Position numbers and translations under genes: made by a program. DNA of 63,150 nt, filler included, from Mobula hypostoma (lineage: Eukaryota), in NCBI RefSeq assembly GCF_963921235.1. It is 3 parts of 3 records of this genome, joined end to end, with 100 filler letters (N's around TTAATTAATTAA, not from the genome) between each part and the next. Parts side by side here need not be neighbours in the genome. Positions count along the whole stretch, not along the records: positions 29,864 to 44,484 come from NC_086114.1; positions 44,585 to 63,150 come from NW_026948187.1; 1 more part is not named here. The stretch is one strand, 5' to 3'. This document shows, in pieces, positions 37,331 to 47,488 of the stretch. Position 1 is the stretch's first letter. Each line of letters opens with the position of its first letter. The notes below the pieces were generated by a model. It made no database searches, was not told the DNA's origin, and saw only the letters and a program-made list of their open reading frames with translations.

Positions 37331-38164
37331 GAGCATCGCAGCCACAAAACGCTGGCCAATTCTCCTTCTACAGATGCTGACTTTTCTATTTTAATCCCTC
37401 TCCACAATCAGCGTTTCAACACTAATTGAATGGGGGCCACATGAGGCAACAGTGGGGAATGCAGACATTCTTCTGCCCCTCATCTACCAACTCAAAAGGG
37501 GACAAAGTTCACTGCATCACATTGCCCCAGAGACATACCATCCGGATTCACAACCAACCTTCACTGCTGTAACTATGCAATCCAGCTATTATACGGTCGT
37601 GGAGGGAAAGTTCTATGCAGCCCACCTCCAACATTCCCTGAATCCTTGACTTCTCCATACCACTCCAGGCTTTTGTCTAAACACCCACTCTTCACCTACA
37701 TGTACATGCTCATCACCTTCTCAAACTCCCTCGCTTACCTCTCCTATCTCCCTCATCCTGCTTTTCCTCTTCCTCACATTGTCACACACAACTCCATTCC
37801 CCTTTATTTATCCAGCCTAATCGTCCCTTCCCACTACCTTTCTCTACCCATATTCTAACCCCCAGTCCCACTAACACAACATATTCATTCACCACCCATG
37901 ACCCACCTATCCCCATTCTTACTCTCCCTCTATCCCCACCCTTACTCTCACCTCACCATAAGCACCCCTTCCCACATACCCGTACCTTCCCCCTCAACAC
38001 ATCTAACCTTTCCCCATTCAGCCCCACTCCCTTCCACTGCCATACTACCCATTCTATTCCTAACCTCCACACGTGCCCTCCTCCCCTTCCTACCCACCCA
38101 CTCCTTCCTCTCCACTCCCCCAATCCTCCTTTCCCCTAAACTGTGTCCAACCCTCTCCCTCCCT

Positions 38165-38335
38165 AACCCTCCCACCTCCTTTCCCATCCCTCTCCCTCCA
38201 CACCTCCTTTCCCATTCCTCTCCCTCCACACCTCCTTTCCCATCCCTCTCCCTCCCCACCCACCCCTCCTTTGGCATCCCTCTCCCTCCACACCCACCCA
38301 CCTCCTTTCCCATCCCTCTCCCTCCTCCCCTCCGC
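38165..38335 (+). repeat. C-rich ~28-bp minisatellite (~5 copies)
   Basis: Unit cctcctttcccatccctctccctccaca, repeated with variants. Confidence 0.85.
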
Positions 38336-38349
38336 ATCTCCCGCCACAC

Positions 38350-38600
38350 CTGCCCGGCTCCGGGCTCCGACCTCCGATCGCTGCCAGTCCCGGGGGTTTC
38401 TGGACCACGAAACCTCGACCCCGCCGCTGAGCCTGTTGTATCGGCGCCGCCTCCGTCCGCCGGTCCCGGTCCCCTCCTGCCGCGCCGACCTGGCAGCCCC
38501 GAGTCCTCCAGCGACAAAGAGCCAACAACGGTCCTCCGAATCAAGAACGCGAGCACTGGGCCGCACACAGCTCGATGCCAACGAGCACTCACGTGGTCCT
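38350..38600 (-). promoter_or_regulatory. CpG island, probable ZC3H10 promoter and non-coding first exon
   Basis: CpG-dense, non-repetitive, 1.4 kb upstream of the coding exon. Candidate donor GCAG|GTGTGG at 38349; E-box CACGTG at 38590-38595. Confidence 0.7.
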
Positions 38601-38639
38601 CCCAGCCAAGCTGAACTTAAAGCCTACCAAAAAATTAAA

Positions 38640-38775
38640 TCAACGTAAACACAAGAGATTCTGCAGATGCTGGAGTTTTTTGAGTAACACGCACAAAATG
38701 CGAGAGGAACTTCACAAGTCAGACAAGGAGAATAAACAGTCCACATTTTGGGCTGAGACCCTTCATCGGGACTTT
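38640..38775 (-). mobile_element. Penelope-type terminal fragment
   Basis: tctgcagatgctgga..caaaatgc.agaggaact..ttgggctgagacccttcatc is the reverse complement of the 15520-15630 motif. Similar scraps at ~34160-34290, 41790-42200 and 43480-43680. Confidence 0.7.
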
Positions 38776-39456
38776 GTTGTATCAAAACACTTTTAGTATG
38801 TATGGACAGTCACTGCTTGAAAAGGTTCAGGACACAAATTCACTTGGAAAAAGAATCATTTTTAAAATTATATCCATTTTAATGCCAGTGGGAGAAAACA
38901 TGAATTGGGATTAATTACATATTACAAGCAAAATCTCTTTCATGAACTTCCTGTATTATCAACAGGTTAGTAATCTGATTGGTTTAGGCATTTCAGGAGC
39001 AATCGGACTTCTTTGAAAGTCTGTGAAGTGCCTTAAAAACAAAGATCCTTATATCCCAACCCAACTGGCTGACCAGCATCTGCAGATGTTCCCTTGTTTG
39101 TGACTGGGGGTTGACTTTTTATAGGTGTACGAGATCATGAGGGATAATGGTATACGGTGAATGGAGACAGTCTTTTTCCCAGGCAAAGGGAATCAAAAAC
39201 GAGAGGGTATAGGTTTGAGATGAGGGGGAAAGATTTAAGAGGGATCTGAGGAGCACCATCTTCATCCATCAGTTGTGGGTATAAAGGAAAGAGCTCGCCA
39301 AAGGGAGTAGTAGAGCAGGGTCCATTCGTCCCTTATGTGCCTGGGCGATCATGGTCTTTCCTTGACCATAATTTTCTTGGCAAATTTTTCTACAGAAGTG
39401 CTTTGCCATATCCTTCTTCTGGGCAGTGTCTTTACAAGACGGGTGACCCCCAGCCT

Positions 39457-40565
39457 TGATGTGGATGGAGAATTGGTTAGCAGACAGGAAGCAAAGAGTG
39501 GGAATAAACAGGACCTTTTCAGAATGGCAGGCGGTGACTAGTGGGGTACCGCAAGGCTCAGTGCTGGGACCCCGGTTGTTTACAATATATATTAATGACT
39601 TGGATGAGGGAATTAAATGCAGCATCTCCAAGTTTGCGGATGACACGAAGCTGGGTGGCAGTGTTAGCTGTGAGGAGGATGCTAAGAGGATGTAGAGTGA
39701 CTTGGATAGGTTGGGTGAGTGGGCAAACTCATGGCAGATGCAATTTAATGTGGATAAGTGTGAAGTTATCCACTTTGGTGGCAAAAATAGGAAAACAGAT
39801 TATTATCTGAATGGTGGCCGATTAGGAAAAGGGGAGATGCAATGAGACCTGGGTGTCATTATACACCAGTCATTGAAAGTGGGCATGCAGGTACAGCAGG
39901 CGGTGAAAAAGGCGAATGGTATGCTGGCATTTATAGCAAGAGGATTCGAGTACAGGAGCAGGGAGGTACTACTGCAGTTGTACAAGGCCTTGGTGAGACC
40001 ACACCTGGAGTATTGTGTGCAGTTTTGGTCCCCTAATCTGAGGAAAGACATCCTTGCCATAGAGGGAGTACAAAGAAGGTTCACCAGATTGATTCCTGGG
40101 ATGGCAGGACTTTCATATGAAGAAAGACTGGATGAACTGGGCTTGTACTCGTTGGAATTTAGAAGATTGAGGGGGGATCTGATTGAAACGTATAAAATCC
40201 TAAAGGGATTGGACAGGCTAGATGCAGGAAGGTTGTTTCCGATGTTAGGGAAGTCCAGAACAAGGGGTCACAGTTTGAGGATAAAGGGGAAGCCTTTTAG
40301 GACTGAGATTAGGAAAAACTTCTTCACACAGAGAGTGGTGAATCTGTGGAATTCTCTGCCACAGGAAACAGTTGAGGCCAGTTCATTGGCTATATTTAAG
40401 AGGAAGTTAGATATGGCCCTTGTGCTAAGGGGATCAGAGGGTATGGAGGGAAGGCTGGTGCAGGGTTCTGAGTTGGATGATCAGCCATGATCATAATAAA
40501 TGGCGGTGCAGGCTCGAAGGGCCGAATGGCCTACTCCTGCACCTATTTTCTATGTTTCTATGTTT
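39457..40565 (+). mobile_element. Young 5'-truncated CR1 LINE
   Basis: [20 protein letters not shown] and a 205-aa ORF to the ORF2 C-terminus; tttctatgtttctatgttt tail. Splits an older retroposon. Confidence 0.95.
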
Positions 40566-40814
40566 ATCAAAAGACTAAAGAGATTGTCTACCTGGTGTCA
40601 GTGGTCACATAACCAGTACCAGCTGCTCATACAACCATCCACCTGCTCCCATGACTCACATGACCCTGATCGGCAGGGGCGGGGTGGAGAGGAATGGCTA
40701 AGCAGGTACTACTGGCCCAAGGCTAGCCAAAGGAAGGAGCGCCTTACACCTCCTTTGGTGGCAACATATCTCCACTCTGCCACCATATTTATTTATTGAG
40801 ATACCTATTTGTTT

Positions 40815-41582
40815 ATTGAGATACATCACAGAATAGCCTCTTCCACCCTTCGAGGTGCACCGGCCAGCAATCCCCCACATTAATCCTAGCCTAATCATAG
40901 GACAATTTACAATGATCAATTAACCTACCAATCGCAGACATCCCACCTCTCCCGGAAGTTCCGAGAGTCTCCCACATACTGATAGTGGCTCCCTGGTGCC
41001 CGCAAATTATATACAATATCCCGGAAATCGATTTTTTTGAGAGCGAGCGCGCGAGACAGAGAGAGAGTGCAATGGCAGAGTGTTCCAAAAAAAGAAAATA
41101 TAAAACGTACATCACCCCAGACTACACTGAAGTGTACCCCTACCTAATAGGGGTCAAAAATAATGACAGTGTTGCTGGCTGCACTGTTTGCAACAGTGAC
41201 TTCTCTATTGCCCATGGTGGGTTAAGACTGTAAAAGACGTGTTGAGGTGAGTTGAACAGGCGTCATTCATTCATTAGCATAGCTAGCGTTATTTAAACTA
41301 GCTGGCCAGCTGCTAAGGAGCTACTGTATTGCAGACATCCCACCTCTCCCGGAAGTTCCGGGAGTCTCCCGGAAGTTGATGGTGCTACCTCCCTGAAATG
41401 ACTTTTTGCAGAGTGGGATGTCTGCAATCGGATACTGTGGGAGGGAACTGGAGTAGCCACAGGAAACCCACGCGGTCACAGGGAGGACATACAAACTTCT
41501 CACAGGCGGCGGCAGGAATTGAACCCGGCTCGCCTGTACTGTGGAGTGTTGTGCTAACCACTACGCTACCGTGTCACCCCAG
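40815..41582 (-). mobile_element. HE1/V-SINE-type SINE split by a DNA transposon
   Basis: tRNA head at 41582-41510 (reverse complement ggtagcgtagtggttagc..gggttcaattcc). The V-domain and tail flank the MITE. Confidence 0.85.
40935..41424 (+). mobile_element. Non-autonomous hAT-derived DNA transposon (490 bp, 12-bp TIR, 6-bp TSD)
   Basis: TIRs CAGACATCCCAC (40935) and GTGGGATGTCTG (41413-41424). CAATCG is duplicated at 40929-40934 and 41425-41430. Internal MAECSKKRKYKTY..CTVCNSDFSIAHGG(fs)DCKR.VE is a BED-finger remnant. Confidence 0.88.
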
Positions 41583-42530
41583 CATTTAAAAAGCATTTGG
41601 ACAGGTACATCGATAGAAAGGGTTTAGAGCAGCAGCTCCCAATCTTCCTTTTAATGCCATGAGGCAAGAGGTCCATGGATCCCAGGTTGGGAACCCCTGG
41701 TTTAGAGAGATATGGGCCAAATACAAGCAAATGGTCAGCTTGGCATCAACAAGTTGAGCCAAAATCTGTGTTATTCTATGACTAAAACAAACACAAATGT
41801 CCAAGTTTTTTAAAAAAATTGTTGGAGGAACTCACCTATGTGGGGAAAACTTGTCAACATTTCAGGTTGAAACCCTGCATCGGGATGAAGGGTGGAGAGG
41901 CCGTGGATTCATTTCAGAGTTAACCATCAGTTTTGATGAAGGGCCTTCAACCTCGAAACATTACCTGTTTCTCATTCCACAACTGCTACCTGTTTCTGGC
42001 ATTTTCTGTTTTTAGTTTTGATTTCCAAATTTAATCCAGAGCTAACTCTGTGAGATATTTTGAGTCACAAAAGGTTGCAAAGTTTGGTATCTGGAGCTAA
42101 ACACATATAGTTGGAGGATCTCAGGAGGCCAGACAGCAGCTTTGGAGGGGAACAGACAGTCAACATTTCTCCATCCAAAAGACTGTCTGTCCATTGATTT
42201 CCCTCGATAGAAGCTGACTGATAAGCTAAGTTCCTCCCAAAGTTCCCTCTGAGGTGTGTACGTGCACACATCTTTTGCTATTAGTGCACAAAGGAATTTA
42301 AACTGCACACAAAACGTTGCCACCCTCCACTTCTTGGGCGTTGATCATACACTATCACATTTCCTTTTCCGGTTTCAGGTGCGGACGGTGTTAACAACAT
42401 GGTGTTTGTGAAGATTTATCTGCAGATTTTAGAACTGACTTATACTGTTTTGTTGAAGAAGTTATTCAGTGTGCACAGGTTGTCACTGGGCAAAAAACTG
42501 CACAGCACACAAGATTTTTGTACACGCTGG

Positions 42531-43368
42531 TGTGACAAGAATACACATAGATTAAGATGTAGCTGGCCTGGGCTGGCACCAGTGGAATCAGCAGTTGGTC
42601 TGCCACCTGTCTTCAGGAGAGAGAGAGAGATAAGGAAAACAATGGAGCAGCATTTGGAGATGTTAATGAAGGGGAAGGAGAGCTGTCAAGACCGGCTCCT
42701 CTTTGAACCCTGAACTGTTTGAAGTGATGGACAGGCGATACCCCAGCAGGGGGATAAAAAGGGACAGGTTCGTTAAGGCGACACACACGACACCCGAGGT
42801 AACAAGACCCTGGAAGCGGTGCGTCTCTCACAAGTCGGTGGGAAGTATCGGACCATAGACGCACAGAGTGGAAAGGCACGATCGGCGGGAACCTGGTGTG
42901 TGTCCACCCTTGCCTGGGTGCCAGGTTCACCGCAGGGAAACGATCGTATCTGGAAACGGAGGGGGTCACGGTCGGTGACCTCAGATGACATCACAAAGGA
43001 CTCGCCCGAAAGCTGACTGCGAAGGTCTGTGTGGAAGCCGGTTTGAATATTCATACGTTTTGCTCTCTCTCTCCTTCCCCCCACCGTCCATCGCCACGGC
43101 AGCGATTACTGCGAACTGAACTGAACTTTGCGTCACTTTGAAACTGGTCATTTACCCCTAGACAACGATAAAGCTTGATTGATCCTGTTATCTTAATTCT
43201 GTGTACATGTATGTTTATCATTGCTGAACTGTTGCATTTATTATCCTTTTGATTAGAGTACTGTGTTGCTTGTTTCTTTAATAAAACTTTCTTAGTTCTA
43301 GTAATCCAGACTCCAACTGAGTGATCCATTTCTGCTGGTTTGGCAACCCAGTTTCGGGGTACGTAACA
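42531..43368 (+). mobile_element. Solo LTR (838 bp) with 4-bp TSD
   Basis: Termini TGTGAC...GTAACA; CTGG on both sides; GATAAAAA at ~42753; AATAAA at 43280-43285. Confidence 0.88.
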
Positions 43369-44049
43369 CTGGTCATTACAAACTAGAGGGAACATTGGTT
43401 CCTCCGGTGCTTTTCTGTATTACTGTAAAATGTTCAGCATGCATGAAGAGTGTTAAAGGTTGGGAACGAAATAATGTGGAATAGGAAGGAATAAAAAAAT
43501 TAGGTTGGAAATACTCAGCATATCCTAACACTTCAGAGAGAAATATTTTTCTCCATAAATATACAGAGACCCGAATGTTTCCGGCATTGCCATTTTATAC
43601 AGATTTCAGTTAGAACAATTGAGTTGAATTTACAACGACGGGAAAGACTGCAGATGCAGGAATCTGGAACAATTTTAAATGGCTGAAGGTGCAATTCAGA
43701 TTGGTTTATTGTCATATACACCAGGGCCGAATGAAATTTCTTACTTGCTTAAAGCTCACAAGGTTAAAAGAGAAAATTGTAATAGTGAGGTCAGGTATAT
43801 TGCACAGATTTAAATTGACAGTGCAGAAAAGCTGTCTGGATTCTTCCAGAAATCTAATAATGCTGAAGTTACTCCGAGACCAAGAAATCCTGATTGATTT
43901 GATGACTCCATTAATTCTTCCTCTGAATTGCAAACTCTGCATTGATTAACTGGAAACATCTGTAAAGGATTGACAGTCATTAAATGGTTTATTGTACATA
44001 ATTTTATTTTTGAATAAAGTATGTTTTGCACTTTTAAGAACTGGCTCCT

Positions 44050-44282
44050 CTGATGCACAACCTGCGCACGGGCAGAGGCGGCCTCGCTGAGTCGAGCGGC
44101 GCATCCAGGGCTCGGTGACAAACTCCGGGAGCGCTGCCGCTTAGCCAACCGCCCCTGCCCAACCGGAACCCGGGGAAGCTTACGGTCGGCCAGTCGGTCT
44201 CCGGGTGACTGTCAGCTGGTGCTGGGCGCGGCGGTCGGTGGAGGCGCGGCCCCCGGTCATCGTTACCGTCACCATGGTGAGT
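44050..44282 (+). promoter_or_regulatory. CpG-island promoter and first exon ending in the start codon (unidentified gene)
   Basis: CpG-dense; NRF1-like TGCGCACGGGCA and ETS-like CCGGAA; CACC-ATG (44274-44276) followed directly by the consensus donor GTGAGT. Confidence 0.72.
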
Positions 44283-44484
44283 GGGTCCGAGATTGGGGAC
44301 GATTGAGACCCGGCCTCCCTACACCCTCATCCCCCTTCCCTCCCCTCCTCCCTCGCCCTCGTTAACCCATTTCCCCCCTCCCAACCTCACACTTCCCCTC
44401 CCGCTCCCTACTTCAAACCCCATTCCCCTGTCCTCAGGCCATTTAAACTCCTCGCCCCCCATTCCCACTCTTCCCTCTCCCCCA

Positions 44485-44584
44485 NNNNNNNNNNNNNNNN
44501 NNNNNNNNNNNNNNNNNNNNNNNNNNNNTTAATTAATTAANNNNNNNNNNNNNNNNNNNNNNNNNNNNNNNNNNNNNNNNNNNN
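44485..44584. other. Artificial six-frame-stop linker
   Basis: N run with TTAATTAATTAA at 44529-44540. Confidence 0.97.
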
Positions 44585-46150
44585 GAGAGGAAAAAGGTAC
44601 AAGCAGACAGAGAGAGAGAGAGATAAAGGGGAGGGAGAAAGAAAGAAAGAAGAGGGAGGGAGAGGAACAGAGAGAGAGGAGAGATAAATGAAGAGGGAGA
44701 GAGAGAGAGAGAGAAAGAGGGGAGGGAGAAAGAAAGAAATAAGAAAGAGATATGGAGAGGTAGAATGAGGGAGAGAGAGAGAGGAGAGATAAAGACAGAA
44801 AGAAAGAGAGACACAGAGAGAAGGAGGGAGGGAGGGAGAGAAAGAGAGAGAGAGCGCGCGAGGGAGAGAGGGGAGAGATAAAGGAAGAGGGAGAGAGAGG
44901 AAAAGGGGACAAGGAGACAGAGAGAGAGATAGAGAAAGAGGGAAGGGAGAAAGACAGAAATAAGAGAGAGGCACGGAGAGGGATAGAGAAAGAAACAGAG
45001 AAGGAGAGAGGAGAGAGACAAAGGGAGAGGGAGAGAGAGAAACAGAGAGAGAAGGAGAGAGAAGAGATAGATACAGGGAGAGGGAGAGAGAGAAACAGAG
45101 ACAGAGAAGGAGAGAGAAGAGATAGATACAGGGAGAGGGAGAGAGAGAATCAGAGAGAAGGAGAGAGAAGAGATAGATACAGGGAGAGGGAGAGAGAGAA
45201 AGAAAGAGAGAGAGGAGATAGATACAGGGAGAGGGAGAGAGAGAGAAGATAGATACAGGGAGAGGGAGAGAGACAAACAGAGAGAGAGAAGAGATAGATA
45301 CAGGGAGAGGGAGAGAGAGAAAGAAAGAGAGAGAGGAGATAGATACAGGGAGAGGGAGAGAGAGAGGAGATAGATACAGGGAGAGGGAGAGAGAGAAACA
45401 GAGAGAGAGAAGAGATAGATACAGGGAGAGGGAGAGAGAGAAACAGAGAGAAGGAGAGAGAAGAGATAGATACAGGGAGAGGGAGAGAGAGAAACAGAGA
45501 GAGAGAAGAGATAGATACAGGAAGAGGGAGAGAGAGAAACAGAGAGAAGGAGAGAGAAGAGATAGATACAGGGAGAGGGAGAGAGAGAAACAGAGAGAGA
45601 GAAGAGATAGATACAGGGAGAGAGAGAAACAGAGAGAAGGAGAGAGAAGAGATAAATACAGGGAGAGGGAGAGGGAGAAACAGAGAGAAGGAGAGAGAAG
45701 AGATAGATACAGGGAGAGGGAGAGAGAGAAACAGAGAGAGAGAAGAGATAGATACAGGGAGAGGGAGAGAGGAACAGAGAGAGAGAAGGAGATAGATACA
45801 GGGAGAGGGAGAGAGGAACAGAAAGAGAGAAGGAGAGAGAGGCGATAGATACAGGGAGAGGGAGAGAGAGGAACAGAGACAAGGGGACACAGACACACGG
45901 AGGGAGAAACGAACAAGGGGAAGATACTGAGAGGCAGAGTGTGCAAGAGAGAGAGAGAGAGAGAGAGAGAGATAAAGGCAGAACGAGAAAGTGAGGGAGG
46001 GAGGGAGAAACAAGACGGAGAGAGATACAGTGAGGCAGAGAGAAAGAAAGACTCAGATACGGAGGTGGAGGGCGAGAACGAGTGAGAGGGAGAGGAAGAA
46101 GGAGAAAGGGGGGGGGGGGAGTGAGACCAAGAAGGAGAGCGAGCTAGAGG
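44585..46150 (+). repeat. GA-rich tract with ~40-46-bp minisatellite core
   Basis: Core agatagatacagggagagggagagagagaaacagagag is repeated ~20 times in 45050-45880; nearly pure purine. Confidence 0.93.
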
Positions 46151-46449
46151 GAGACAGCAAGTACCGTAGTAATTTAATGTATTACACTGCACCGCTGCCT
46201 TAAAAGAGATGATAACCTGTGTGAGCGATGATAACCCTGACTCCGATCCGGGTCTGAGCTGTGGAGTGAGAGCGGGCGAGGGCCGGGGGGGGGGGGGGAT
46301 CCTGGCCGGGAAAGGGGGCGAGGGAGAGGGGAGCACCAGAGAGAGAGACGTTCTGTAGTGACCAGTGGGCCAATTGGTTTGGGCATCAAATCCAATGGCC
46401 CTGCCCCGGTGTCCCAGGGCAAGGGGGTGGGGGGTGGAAGGACAGGGAG

Positions 46450-47035
46450 AATGTGAGAGAGAGTGGGGGGGGGGAAGGGTTTGTTCGGGTGAGGCAGGTG
46501 CCAACAGCGAGGCGAGCTGCCCTCCCAGCACCAGCACCCCCCCTCCCTCCCCTCCCAGCTTCCCGGGCCCACGAAGCCAAAAGAGGCGCCCCACCCCCCC
46601 GACCGCAGCGCCCCGCTCGGCCTGACGCCGTGACCCAGTTTCGCCGCCGAGAGGCGGATGCGCTTCGTGTCCCGGCTCAAACCTCCCCCCCCCCCTTCCC
46701 CTCCCTCTAACACCACCCCTCACCCACCGCCACTTCCTCTGGGGACCGGCGGCCGCGTCCCGCCACCTGGCCCCTGTGTGTGTGTTTTTCTTCTCGAAGC
46801 TGCATCCGCTTCCCCCCACCCGCCCCCTCAGCTCTCGGTTCGACTCAGTTTCCGACCGAAGGCAGGATGTGATCTCGACCGCGGAGAGGGGCCGCGTCTG
46901 CTTACCCGGCCGAGTGTTCCGAGAAACATTGTTTTGCAGAGACGGACGCGGGCCAGGTGTTAAGAGGGCACAACAACAGGAACAAAACACGCAGCTCCCA
47001 ACGGCAACCGGTGCCGTGTCCAGCCAATGACGCGT
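46450..47035 (-). promoter_or_regulatory. CpG island with candidate promoter and first exon
   Basis: AGCCAAT at 47022-47028 overlaps TGACGC. On the minus strand, ACA-ATG at 46929 gives MFLGTLGR, then GTAAGC at 46905. Confidence 0.55.
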
Positions 47036-47049
47036 CTCACACTTTTGGA

Positions 47050-47455
47050 AGAATTTAGAAGATTAAGGGGTGGGGGGATCTTACTGAAACGTCTAAAATC
47101 CTAAAGGGATTGGACAGGCCAGATGCAGGAAGATTGTTCCCGATGTTGGGGAAGTCCAGAACGAGGGGTGAAAGTTTCAGGATAAAGGGGAAGCCTTTTA
47201 GGACCGAGATGAGGAAAAACTTTTTCACACAGAGAGTGGTGAATCTGTGGAATTCTCTGCCACAGGAAACAGTTGAGGCCAGTTCATTGGCTATATTTAA
47301 GAGGGAGTTAGACATGGCCCTTGTGGCTACGGGGGTCAGGGGGTATGGAGGGAAGCCTGGGGCGTGGCTCTGAGTTGGATGATCAACCATGATCATACTG
47401 AGTGGCGGTGCAGGTTCGAAGGGCCGAATGGCCTGCTCCTGCACCTATTTTCTAT
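47050..47455 (+). mobile_element. Young CR1 3' fragment
   Basis: RLFPMLGKSRTRG..RKNFFTQRVVNLWNSLPQETVEASSL; same subfamily as 39457. Confidence 0.93.
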
Positions 47456-47488
47456 CTACCTCCTATTCGAAAACCCAGAGGGCTGCCT

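Noticed and set aside
37898-38648. Overlapping 120-238-aa ORFs upstream of ZC3H10
   Set aside because: By-products of a GC-rich island and a C-rich minisatellite.
44533-46990. 817-aa and 449-aa minus-strand ORFs
   Set aside because: Ser/Leu/Pro translation of the GA tract, running into the N linker.
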